Shown: positions 8,286 through 16,861 of the stretch, piece after piece
Layout of the letters: every line of letters begins with the position of its first letter
Numbering within the stretch: position 1 is the stretch's first letter
Assembly (NCBI GenBank): GCA_038044405.1
Contig: JBBTAC010000002.1
Location: forward strand, 58,547-122,546
DNA length: 64,000 nucleotides
Origin: Nanobdellota archaeon
GTDB lineage: Archaea; Nanobdellota; Nanobdellia; Pacearchaeales; GW2011-AR1
Reading direction: 5' to 3'
The notes under the pieces: generated by a model
Told to the model about the DNA's origin: nothing
Database searches by the model: none
Seen by the model: only the letters and a program-made list of their open reading frames with translations
Translations under genes and position numbers: made by a program

Positions 8286-8891
8286 ATGTCAGAAAAAGTT
8301 AAGTGTGAAATTTGTGATAGAACATTCAAAGATGCAGATGGATTATCCCAGCATAATGCAGCTAAGCATGCAAGTTCAGATAAACATATGCATCATAAAT
8401 CTAAAAAATCAGGCAAAATAATCTTTATATTAATTATAATCTCAATCTTAGGATTTATAATATGGAGCATAAATGGTGCGATTACAGAATCAAATTCTTG
8501 CAAGACAGCCCCTGTAACAGAAATAAATATAGGGACACATCAAGATGTAAAGTTGCATATTCATTCTGAATTAAGAATCGTAATAGATGGCGAAGAACAA
8601 TTCATACCAGCAAATATAGGCGTTCTTCCAGGAATAATGAGGCCTGTTCATACACACGACGCAACTGGCGAGATTCATATGGAAGGACCATGTCAAAGAG
8701 ACTTTAAAGTAGGAGAATTTTTCCAAGTCTGGGGAAAAGAATTTAGTTCGCAATGCATCTTCGATAAATGCATTGACAAGGGAGAATTAAAAATTATTGT
8801 AAACGGAATCCAAAATAACGAATTTGAGAATTATATAATGAGAGATGATGATAATATTGTTATAGAATACAAATCAACCCTTCCTAGCTAA
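8286..8891 (+). CDS. Membrane protein with an N-terminal C2H2-type zinc finger
   Basis: CEICDRTFKDADGLSQHNAAKH fits C-x2-C...H-x5-H. One TM helix, then a His/Cys-containing C-terminal domain. Confidence 0.4.
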   Translation: MSEKVKCEICDRTFKDADGLSQHNAAKHASSDKHMHHKSKKSGKIIFILIIISILGFIIWSINGAITESNSCKTAPVTEINIGTHQDVKLHIHSELRIVIDGEEQFIPANIGVLPGIMRPVHTHDATGEIHMEGPCQRDFKVGEFFQVWGKEFSSQCIFDKCIDKGELKIIVNGIQNNEFENYIMRDDDNIVIEYKSTLPS

Positions 8892-9007
8892 GAATAAGAT
8901 GCTAATTATCATAACTAATAATATTATCCATAAAACAATATTCTTGAACATCCATGCCCATGCTCTTTTATTCATATTGAATAATAATTTCCGATGTATT
9001 TAAATCT

Positions 9008-9151
9008 TCAAAATAAATCACTGCACGATCTAAAATAATTGCATCTCTCGCATTTAATCTTACACCCTCTTTCTATCATTCTGTTCCCACATGCTTCACA
9101 TATTTGATAATTATCTTCTTCTTTCTGTAAATCGATGAATGCTTTTTCCAT
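9008..9151 (-). CDS. Small 4-Cys zinc-ribbon protein (47 aa), not in the ORF track
   Basis: Own translation: MEKAFIDLQKEEDNYQICEACGNRMIERGCKIKCERCNYFRSCSDLF. Its ATG overlaps the stop of 9151..9687 by 1 nt (TAATG). Confidence 0.25.
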   Translation of the reverse strand: MEKAFIDLQKEEDNYQICEACGNRMIERGCKIKCERCNYFRSCSDLF

Positions 9152-9687
9152 TATATAAAATCACTTATTCTATGTTTAAATTCTAAATATATTAGCCAGA
9201 TAATTAATAATAAGCCATCAAGCATAGGCAAGGCCATCCATTGCAATTCTTTAGGTAAATAAGTTATAATATCCATTCCCAAAGTAGAATTATTTAATGG
9301 CCAAAATGGCATTATAAGCTCGCCAAAAATCGCATCCAATATAAGATGCGTAAAACTACCAAATGCCATCATTAAGAAAATCAGATTCAATTTAAGTTTG
9401 TGTCTGCCAATTCCAGAGAGATTTAATTTTTTAAATATGATAAAAAATAAGAAGAATAAAATAGGTATTAACAGAGAATGTAAAACTGTTTTATGAACTT
9501 GCTCAAATGTAAATCCAAAGAAATACAAAACCCAGAAAGCAGCAATATCTAAATCAGGAATTACTCCAGAAATTCCAGCAATTAGGACATAACGCAATGA
9601 AAATTTTTTCTTATTTTTAAAATAGAAATCTCTAATCAAAGCCATCAATATCAATGGCACTAAAATATGGGTTACTGCAAGTGGCAT
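9151..9687 (-). CDS. Membrane-bound metal-dependent hydrolase-like protein (YdjM/DUF457-like)
   Basis: Hydrophobic multi-pass protein with conserved His positions. The family call is by resemblance only. Confidence 0.35.
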   Translation of the reverse strand: MPLAVTHILVPLILMALIRDFYFKNKKKFSLRYVLIAGISGVIPDLDIAAFWVLYFFGFTFEQVHKTVLHSLLIPILFFLFFIIFKKLNLSGIGRHKLKLNLIFLMMAFGSFTHLILDAIFGELIMPFWPLNNSTLGMDIITYLPKELQWMALPMLDGLLLIIWLIYLEFKHRISDFI

Positions 9688-9689
9688 TT

Positions 9690-10103
9690 TTACTCTTTTC
9701 CTATTATTTTCTTAATAGTTATCAAAAATCCTTCAACTATTTTTATTTCCTTTATTGTTTTGTAAAGTTCTTTTTCACTTATATCTTCATAAAAATGTGC
9801 AAAAATATTCCTTTTCTTTACTAAGTTATTAAGCTCGCCTGCTTGATTCTTATTAATAATATTTCCTTTAGCTAGTAAAATCATAATATCTTGATAAGTA
9901 TTAGGTGCCCCTAATTTTTCAGCAGAAATCATCTCACTGCCTAAGTCAATTAATTTATTCAAAATTGCAAAGATTAACATAGACGACGCATGATAATTCT
10001 TACTTTCGTATAAGTCATTTAATGCTAAATTATAGTTATCAAGTTCTTTAATATGTTTCTCTATATCTGCAATAATTTTTCCTATTCTTTGGATATCATA
10101 CAT
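9690..10103 (-). CDS. hepT: HEPN-domain toxin of a HepT/MntA-type toxin-antitoxin pair (DUF86-like)
   Basis: KKRNIFAHFYEDI carries the R-x4-H-x-Y HEPN catalytic motif. Overlaps the upstream nucleotidyltransferase gene by 8 nt. Confidence 0.6.
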   Translation of the reverse strand: MYDIQRIGKIIADIEKHIKELDNYNLALNDLYESKNYHASSMLIFAILNKLIDLGSEMISAEKLGAPNTYQDIMILLAKGNIINKNQAGELNNLVKKRNIFAHFYEDISEKELYKTIKEIKIVEGFLITIKKIIGKE

Positions 10104-10467
10104 TTTTTATCACCCTTTTGTAAAAACGATTAATAAAATAAGAATAATCTAGATATTTTCTAAAGACATCAACTTTTATGTCATAAAGATATCTCTCATC
10201 TCTACAGAACATAATTTTGCCTTCTTTTAAAATTCTAAATTGAATAATTAAGGGCAATTTTGAAAAAATAGAGATATCTATTTTAGGACTTGAATATCCT
10301 ATTACATCTAAGATTTGTTTTTCAGAAGCATCCTTTATTAAAATAGCAATATCTATATCAGAATCTTTCCTAGCCTTTCCATTTATTTGACTTCCAAATA
10401 AGAAAATACATGAAACATACTTCAATTTTTTTATCTTATTAATTATATCTTTTGTTATATTATCCAT
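10096..10467 (-). CDS. mntA: Minimal nucleotidyltransferase (MntA-like antitoxin)
   Basis: LFGSQINGKARKDSDIDIAIL matches the GS...DxD Pol-beta NTase motif. Confidence 0.65.
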   Translation of the reverse strand: MDNITKDIINKIKKLKYVSCIFLFGSQINGKARKDSDIDIAILIKDASEKQILDVIGYSSPKIDISIFSKLPLIIQFRILKEGKIMFCRDERYLYDIKVDVFRKYLDYSYFINRFYKRVIKNV

Positions 10468-10509
10468 ATTAATTGATATTTTCTATACTTAAAAAAGTTG
10501 CTTTTTTAT

Positions 10510-11397
10510 CTATATTCTAATTCCAAACTTATCAAACAAAAGGGCTGTTCTTCTATTAGGATCCCATTTTAATAATTTATTTGCAGCTATTAAAATAGCT
10601 AAATCAACAAAATGATCTGCTGCCCCTATTTTTGACATATATTTTTTATGTCCTAGATTTTCTTCACGATTAGCCAAATATCCTTCTTTCAATGCATTTA
10701 TCAATCTTTCAGGGTTGTCTCTAAATTGTTTATAATCATCAGGCATTTTTATATTTGAGTAATTTCTGCCCAATTCATAAATTGAATGTCCATCATCAGA
10801 TACAAATTCTGTTAAATCAGGATTAATATCATCAGCCATTATTTTCTTAAAAAAAAGCCACGCCTCCATATTTGCATTCTTATACTTTTTAGTATCAATA
10901 GCTATTCCATTGTATGTTTCCATCAAATCAAATCTTTTAGTATAATCGGGATGAGATAAAAGAAAATTTCCGACTCCATGCTTATGAAAAGGATGATCTG
11001 CCGCTATTATCGCATTAAAAGCGTCTCCTTGATCTAGAACATCTTCTAAAGAAGCGCCATTCGCTATATTTTCGTCTTCGCAAGTTCCAACAAGTAAAAT
11101 ATGATATCCTTCTTTTGTTGGAACTTCTTGTCCTCTAACTGCCAAAATATCAGGCTCTTCAAGATAAACTCCATTTCCCGTATGTATTTTGTCGTATCTT
11201 AAATTTTTAACAAATAAATCCCATCTAGGATCAACTTCTTCTGTAGACGGATTAAAATTAATAACTCCAAAAATTCCTCCACGTCCAAGTCTTTTTGCAG
11301 CCATTTTCACAGCTTTATTTGCAGTCTCTGCAGTAATATGACTACTTGTTCTTAAGTGATTATGTGGTGTTGATTTTACAACTCTAAATCCATCCAT
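10510..11397 (-). CDS. Hypothetical protein, possibly a PHP-like metal-dependent phosphoesterase
   Basis: HNHLRTSSH near the N-terminus and AADHPFHKH resemble PHP His motifs. Weak. Confidence 0.3.
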   Translation of the reverse strand: MDGFRVVKSTPHNHLRTSSHITAETANKAVKMAAKRLGRGGIFGVINFNPSTEEVDPRWDLFVKNLRYDKIHTGNGVYLEEPDILAVRGQEVPTKEGYHILLVGTCEDENIANGASLEDVLDQGDAFNAIIAADHPFHKHGVGNFLLSHPDYTKRFDLMETYNGIAIDTKKYKNANMEAWLFFKKIMADDINPDLTEFVSDDGHSIYELGRNYSNIKMPDDYKQFRDNPERLINALKEGYLANREENLGHKKYMSKIGAADHFVDLAILIAANKLLKWDPNRRTALLFDKFGIRI

Positions 11398-11441
11398 AGA
11401 TTTTTGCCCTATTATAACTATTTAAAGATTTATATAAACTC

Positions 11442-11819
11442 TCATTTAACAAACTCCACATTTTCCAAATTTCTGAATTCCTTATCGCCCGTAAGAAATT
11501 TCATATTATGCCTCTTTGCATAAATATATCCTATACAATCCGTGTAAGACATATCTTGTTTTTTATACTTTTTTCTGAATTGGATAGCTTCTTTCAAGGT
11601 ATCATCATCAATTTCCACAACCGCGTCTTTATATTTATTGTATATTTCGTTTAGTTCGTTTTCATTAAAATTATCTAGACAAGACCAATAGATTTCAGCC
11701 AAATTAAAAATAGTTATTGTAACTCCATTATCTTTATATTTTTCGTAAGAAGGATTTTCCTTTAATATCTCTATAATTGCATAACTATCAAAAAAATATT
11801 CTATTTCTGACCCCTCCAT
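11442..11819 (-). CDS. vapC: PIN-domain ribonuclease toxin (VapC-like)
   Basis: N-terminal FFDSYA acidic motif. SYTDCIGY...FLTGDKEF gives the conserved D and TGD. Overlaps the upstream small gene. Confidence 0.6.
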   Translation of the reverse strand: MEGSEIEYFFDSYAIIEILKENPSYEKYKDNGVTITIFNLAEIYWSCLDNFNENELNEIYNKYKDAVVEIDDDTLKEAIQFRKKYKKQDMSYTDCIGYIYAKRHNMKFLTGDKEFRNLENVEFVK

Positions 11820-12082
11820 TTTTCCTCCCTTTCTCTATCAGATTTACTAAGCCATCCTCCGCGCAATTCATCTTTAATTTCTTGAGCAGATTTTTTAAAT
11901 CTTCCTTTCCCAAAACCCCAAAGGACACCCGCTTTTGGCTTTTTCTTTTCTACTTTAATAATTATCTCTTCATCTTCCTTAATTCTTTGCTTTTCAATAA
12001 TTTCCCGAGGTATAACTATTGCAATAGAATTTCCCCATTTTCTGGTAATAGCTTTAACTTCCATAGAATTAATGAGACACAA
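11801..12082 (-). CDS. vapB: AbrB/MazE/SpoVT-type antitoxin (VapB-like)
   Basis: MEVKAITRKWGNSIAIVIPREI is a swapped-hairpin beta-barrel signature. Overlaps the vapC start. Confidence 0.55.
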   Translation of the reverse strand: MCLINSMEVKAITRKWGNSIAIVIPREIIEKQRIKEDEEIIIKVEKKKPKAGVLWGFGKGRFKKSAQEIKDELRGGWLSKSDREREEKWRGQK

Positions 12083-12098
12083 TGATATTTAAACTTTC

Positions 12099-12623
12099 CT
12101 AAACAACAATCCCTCTCACAACATATCCAACAACGAACGCAATCAATGCAGCAAGTGTACCTACAATAAAAGTCTCAATTGCAGAATGAACTTTTTCTTT
12201 ACCAACAACTTCTCCTTTTACACTACCTATTACTAAAAAAGAAATTCCAGTTAATATCATGGAATAAATAAATTTATGATTATCTATAAACGGAGCAAAT
12301 AATGCGATTACAAAAGATATCAAAGGAATAAGCCCTACAATTACAAAAGCAAAAAATGTTACAAATGCTGCTTTTCTAGGATTTTTAAAATGTTTATGTC
12401 TATAACTTTTTTGAATTTGATTTTCAGACTTTATGGATAAATAGTCCGACATAGCCATAGAAAAGCCGTCTGCAAATAAATTTGCAAATCCAAGAATCAA
12501 AATAATAAGAGGGCTTAAAGAAGCACCCATTGCTCCTGCAACAACCGCAAATGTAGTGACAGCCCCATCAATCGCCCCAAATACAAATTCAGGAAGATAT
12601 TTCCTTTCAGTGCTCTTTTTCAT
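12099..12623 (-). CDS. VIT1/CCC1-family Fe/Mn transporter-like membrane protein
   Basis: FGAIDGAVTTFAVVAGAMG motif, followed by TM helices. Confidence 0.55.
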   Translation of the reverse strand: MKKSTERKYLPEFVFGAIDGAVTTFAVVAGAMGASLSPLIILILGFANLFADGFSMAMSDYLSIKSENQIQKSYRHKHFKNPRKAAFVTFFAFVIVGLIPLISFVIALFAPFIDNHKFIYSMILTGISFLVIGSVKGEVVGKEKVHSAIETFIVGTLAALIAFVVGYVVRGIVV

Positions 12624-12731
12624 AAATCAACAAGTTAATTTTAATTAATAAATCTATTCTGTTTCAATATTATCAATGACCTTTAAAGGCCCTTGGCATA
12701 ATTTTAAAAAGCTAGAAATTTATCACTTTAA

Positions 12732-14519
12732 ATGGAAGAAAAAAACCATACAACTCTAAGCAGTTATGTAACTGGAGCTGGAATAGAGCCGGATAAATCT
12801 CCTAAAAAATTAATTGATAACAATGAAGATTTTGACAAATTACGCGATAAGCTGAATTCTTTTAAAAAAGGGTTATTAAAAAAATTTCCATTTGTTCGTT
12901 CTCTTGGATTAATTCCAATAAAAGCATTTCCTTTATTTGAAGAAGAAGAAATACCTCAAGAATTTCAGAAAGAAGTAAAGGAAAAAAAACCACTTCATCT
13001 TATTATGATAATTCCTGAAGAAGAATATAAAAATTTAGCAAAAATAAAACCTGAAGTTGTAAAATTAGCAAAAGAATCTGGAGAGAAATTATGGGTTCAT
13101 ATAAAAACAGAAGTTGACCTATGGAATTACGGTTTAGACAGTAAGTTCAATTTTGTAGATGCTATATCTGCATGTATGCCTCTGCACGATTCTGGTTTTC
13201 TAGGCGCTTTAAGAGTTGCAAATATTCACAAATCTTTAGTTTTAGGAAGATTTGATAGATACATAGCCAGTTATGTAATCGCAGGAAGTCTTGTAAGAGG
13301 AAAAGCAGATCCAACTTCAGATATAGATGTCTTCATTGTTATAGATGATACAGATGTTAAAAGAATGTCCAGAATAGAGCTATTAGAAAGATTAAGATCA
13401 ATAATATACGAGCAAATTAGAGAAGCAAATGCCTTAGCAGGTGTTAAGAATAGATTAGAACCTCAAGTTTATTTATTAACTGATTTCTGGAATGGAGTAA
13501 AAGATGCAAATCCTGTCTTTTTCACTTTCATTAGAGATGGTATACCTTTGTATGATAGAGGAACTTTCCTCCCATGGAAAAGATTATTGCTCATGGGCAG
13601 AATAAAGCCAAGCCCAGAGGCAATTGATCAATACATGAAAGAGGGAGATAAAACAAACGATTTTGTTAAAAGAAGGTTGATGGACACAATGATAGACATT
13701 TATTATGGTGTTGTTACGCCAACTCAAGCGTTAATGATGCTTGCAGGTCACGCACCCCCTGTACCAAAAACAATTGTTTCAGAAGTAAAGGAAGTTTTAG
13801 TTGACAAAGAAAAAGTTATGGATGAAGCAGAGCTGAAAACATTAGAAAAATTAGTCAGGTACTTCAAAGATTATGAGCACGGAAAATTAAAAGAAATTTC
13901 AGGCAAGGAGATTGACGAGTTAAAGAAAGAAGCAGAAGTTTATAGAGAAAAAATGAAAAAAATAAGAGAAAAATTAGAAATTAGAATGCAAGAGCATCTT
14001 ATTGAAAAATTGCATTCTGAAGCAGAAAAAGTCTTAAAAAATATACTGGGAAATAAAAGTCAAGAAGCTCTAATTAGCGATTTAGATAATTTAGTAAAAA
14101 AAGGAAAATTACAGCCAAGAATGTCAGACATAGCAAAAGAAGTATTGAAAATAAAACGAAAAGTAGCTAACAAAAAACTTACGCAAACAGAATTACAAAG
14201 AATAGATAGGGACGCTAATGATTTAATTAATGCCCTAGTAGAATATACTCAAAGGAAAGATCTTGTTTCTGCAGAAAAGGGAATTGTGCAGATTTTATAT
14301 AATAACAAGAAAGGAGAAATTGTCTTGACAGATTCAGGCATATTTTTAATATCAGAAAACGAGATAAAGAAATTATCAAACAAGCAGTTAATTAATTCTG
14401 ACAAGAAAGAATTAGAAGAAGCGCTAGCAAAAACACATAATAAATTACAGACAAAATTAAGTTCAGAAGTTTTATTTATTTTAAAGAAAGAACTCGGTGA
14501 GTTTGAATTAGTTTTATAA
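12732..14519 (+). CDS. Large nucleotidyltransferase-domain protein with a long coiled-coil C-terminal extension. Paralog of 22590..23462.
   Basis: GSLVRGKADPTSDIDVFIVID NTase motif. The downstream segment YYGVVTPTQALMMLAGHAPPVP is shared with the 22590 protein. K/E-rich coiled coil. Confidence 0.5.
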   Translation: MEEKNHTTLSSYVTGAGIEPDKSPKKLIDNNEDFDKLRDKLNSFKKGLLKKFPFVRSLGLIPIKAFPLFEEEEIPQEFQKEVKEKKPLHLIMIIPEEEYKNLAKIKPEVVKLAKESGEKLWVHIKTEVDLWNYGLDSKFNFVDAISACMPLHDSGFLGALRVANIHKSLVLGRFDRYIASYVIAGSLVRGKADPTSDIDVFIVIDDTDVKRMSRIELLERLRSIIYEQIREANALAGVKNRLEPQVYLLTDFWNGVKDANPVFFTFIRDGIPLYDRGTFLPWKRLLLMGRIKPSPEAIDQYMKEGDKTNDFVKRRLMDTMIDIYYGVVTPTQALMMLAGHAPPVPKTIVSEVKEVLVDKEKVMDEAELKTLEKLVRYFKDYEHGKLKEISGKEIDELKKEAEVYREKMKKIREKLEIRMQEHLIEKLHSEAEKVLKNILGNKSQEALISDLDNLVKKGKLQPRMSDIAKEVLKIKRKVANKKLTQTELQRIDRDANDLINALVEYTQRKDLVSAEKGIVQILYNNKKGEIVLTDSGIFLISENEIKKLSNKQLINSDKKELEEALAKTHNKLQTKLSSEVLFILKKELGEFELVL

Positions 14520-14632
14520 TGTCAAGATGTTTTTTACTTTTCGTTGCATCTTGAGCACAAGAAATTTTCTAAAAATTGAAAATTTCTGTGCAGCAAAATC
14601 CATAAAAGATTTTGCTTGCATCCAAAAGTCTT
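14520..14632. repeat. Structured ~115-nt intergenic element, copy 1. Inverted copy at 32703..32821.
   Basis: About 94% identity to the reverse complement of 32741-32820. Contains hairpin tcaagatg(c)...gcatcttga and a long palindrome gcacaagaaattttc...gaaaatttctgtgc. Confidence 0.6.
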
Positions 14633-14663
14633 AAAAGACTTTTTGATTTTATTTCTTTTTAGC

Positions 14664-15119
14664 TTAAATTCCCATCTTTATTTTAGAAGCCCAATACATT
14701 CTTTCTTCATTATTTCTATTTTGTATTCTATCTTTGACAGGCTCCCATTCTCTTTCTAAAATATATTCCATTAAGCTTTCAGGAGTAGAGGCATGCTCTC
14801 TAAATACATTATCAAGATATTTTTCAAAACTTGGAAATTCTTGACGTTCTTGATCTGATCTTCTAGATTCATAGAATCGTACATTTAATCTTTTGTTTAT
14901 AGCATCAACAGGACTATCTTTTGGATATTTAGCAGTCCATTCAGATAAATAGTCAATTAAATTATAACGTTGTATTCTTGTATACAAAGAGGATATTCTT
15001 CTAAGATTAGAAGTTATAATTCCGCTTGCATGATCTTTAGAACTGTCTGTCAAGATAAAATTAGGACTTTTTCCGTTATTAAATAAATCATTCAATTTAC
15101 CTAGTTTTTTATTGGCCAT
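14664..15119 (-). CDS. Hypothetical protein
   Basis: 151-aa ORF with no motif. Confidence 0.3.
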   Translation of the reverse strand: MANKKLGKLNDLFNNGKSPNFILTDSSKDHASGIITSNLRRISSLYTRIQRYNLIDYLSEWTAKYPKDSPVDAINKRLNVRFYESRRSDQERQEFPSFEKYLDNVFREHASTPESLMEYILEREWEPVKDRIQNRNNEERMYWASKIKMGI

Positions 15120-15205
15120 GTTTAATATTTATTTTTAGAGTATTAAAAGTTAATTGTAGTTTTTAAAGTGGCAACCTTTAAAAAGCTTCATTTTCTCTCC
15201 CATTT

Positions 15206-15478
15206 ATGAAAGGAATAGTAGTTCAGTTTAGACGTGGAAGACATGTTGTCCATGAAAAGCATTTTCTGTTAGACTTAGGCATGACTAGCAGAGAAGAGGC
15301 AAAAAAACTAACTGGAAAAGAAGTTGTATGGAAAAGTCCAGCAGGCAAGATCATAAAAGGAAAAATATCAGATGCGCATGGAAATAAAGGATTAGTAAGG
15401 GCAATATTTGAACGAGGATTACCAGGACAGTCTATTACAACAGAAGTAGAATTGATAGATTCAAAGGAGAAAAAGTAA
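15206..15478 (+). CDS. rpl35ae: Ribosomal protein L35Ae
   Basis: KGIVVQFRRGRHVVHEKH...KGKISDAHGNKGLVRAIFERGLPGQ is the typical L35Ae pattern. Confidence 0.8.
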   Translation: MKGIVVQFRRGRHVVHEKHFLLDLGMTSREEAKKLTGKEVVWKSPAGKIIKGKISDAHGNKGLVRAIFERGLPGQSITTEVELIDSKEKK

Positions 15479-16036
15479 ATGGCACTAAGAAAAGCATTAT
15501 CATATTCAAAAAAGAAAGCTCGCCCATTTACTAGAAAAGCAAAAATAACACAAAAGGCATATATTAAAGCAGTTCCGCCAATAAAGATTGTAAAATTCCA
15601 TATGGGGGATATGAAAGCGTATGAATCAGGTAAACATCATTTTGCAGTAAGATTAATTGCAGATGAAAGCGTAATGATTAGAGATAATGCTCTTGAATCA
15701 GCAAGAATGGTAATCGGCAAAATAATGGAAGAGGGTGCTATGGGGCAATATTATTTTGCAGTTAAAGTTTATCCGCATCATATTCTAAGAGAAAATAAAG
15801 GCGGGGGCGGAGGAATGGCAGGAGCAGACAGAGTTTCTAGCGGAATGAGCCATTCATTCGGTATAAATATTGGCAGAGCAGCAATCGTAAATGAGGGAAA
15901 AGAAGTTTTCTTTATCTCATGTGAAAATGAAAAAACAGCTCGAATTGCAAGAGACGCATTAATACAGGTAAAATCAAAAGTCCCATGCAGAGCAAAAGTT
16001 TTGTTTGAAAAATTGGAAAAGCCAATAACAAATTAA
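15479..16036 (+). CDS. rpl10e: Ribosomal protein L10e (uL16)
   Basis: Family-typical sequence. Its start abuts the L35Ae stop. Confidence 0.85.
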   Translation: MALRKALSYSKKKARPFTRKAKITQKAYIKAVPPIKIVKFHMGDMKAYESGKHHFAVRLIADESVMIRDNALESARMVIGKIMEEGAMGQYYFAVKVYPHHILRENKGGGGGMAGADRVSSGMSHSFGINIGRAAIVNEGKEVFFISCENEKTARIARDALIQVKSKVPCRAKVLFEKLEKPITN

Positions 16037-16073
16037 TAGATAATTTTTTAAACTTATATATCTTATATAAAAT

Positions 16074-16292
16074 ATGGAAAACTTAAATGTAAAAGCAGAA
16101 GATTTGAGAAAATTAATGAGGGATGTAGCACAAATCAAAGAGATACTTATAGCTAAAAAAGAAGAAAATGAAATGGAAGAAATAGAATTAACAGAATGGG
16201 CAAAAAATGAATTAGAAGAAGCTAGAAAACGCCCAGAAAAAGAATATATTTCATTAGAAGATGTTAAAAAAAGAGTCTTATCTAAAAGATGA
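16074..16292 (+). CDS. Putative antitoxin of a RelE/ParE-type pair
   Basis: Small helical protein whose stop overlaps (ATGA) the start of the downstream RelE-like gene. Confidence 0.4.
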   Translation: MENLNVKAEDLRKLMRDVAQIKEILIAKKEENEMEEIELTEWAKNELEEARKRPEKEYISLEDVKKRVLSKR

Positions 16293-16540
16293 GTTATTCA
16301 GCGAAAATAGATAAGAACGCGCAAGATTTTCTTGATAAGCTTCCTCAAAATATCGCCTTAAGAATTATTAATAAATTAGAGCAAATTAAAGAAAATCCAT
16401 TTCATTTTCTAGAACATTATGAAGGAGAATATTATAAGTTAAGAATTGGAGATTATAGAGCATTAATAGATATCGATTTTCAAAGAAAAATAATTTTTGT
16501 TAGAATAATAGATAAGAAAGGAAGGATTTACAAGAGATAG
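16289..16540 (+). CDS. relE: RelE/ParE-family toxin
   Basis: YKLRIGDYRALIDIDFQRKIIFVRIIDKKGRIYK matches the RelE/ParE C-terminal signature. Confidence 0.6.
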   Translation: MSYSAKIDKNAQDFLDKLPQNIALRIINKLEQIKENPFHFLEHYEGEYYKLRIGDYRALIDIDFQRKIIFVRIIDKKGRIYKR

Positions 16541-16609
16541 TTTGAATTATTCAGCAAATAATAAATTTTAGATATAAATATTTATAAAGTTGATAATATA
16601 TTAAATAAT

Positions 16610-16825
16610 ATGTCTAATTTAAAAAGAGATCCTGATTATCAGGCATTAATAAATGGTTACCGCAGACAATTATCAGCATTAGCAGAAACAGAACTTATGC
16701 TAGGATTGTACAACCCACATCACACTATGAATAAGGACAGGGCTGTAAATATTTTTGATAATTTTCTTGATAATTTAGAAAGACAATCTATAAAAGAAAG
16801 AGAACTAGAATTACTTGTTAAATGA
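16610..16825 (+). CDS. Hypothetical small protein
   Basis: 71-aa ORF. Confidence 0.25.
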   Translation: MSNLKRDPDYQALINGYRRQLSALAETELMLGLYNPHHTMNKDRAVNIFDNFLDNLERQSIKERELELLVK

Positions 16826-16861
16826 TAGAGTAATATTTATTAACTCACACTTCTAATTTAT

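Noticed and set aside
5898-8753. Antisense ORFs 5898..6119(-), 7188..7499(-) and 8571..8753(-) within membrane/DsbA-cluster genes
   Set aside because: They are contained within longer, better-supported ORFs on the other strand, with no independent evidence.
11777-12085. Plus-strand 102-aa ORF overlapping vapB and the vapC start
   Set aside because: The VapB (AbrB-fold) reading on the minus strand has a recognisable motif and operon logic. The plus-strand ORF is F/L-rich reverse-frame noise.
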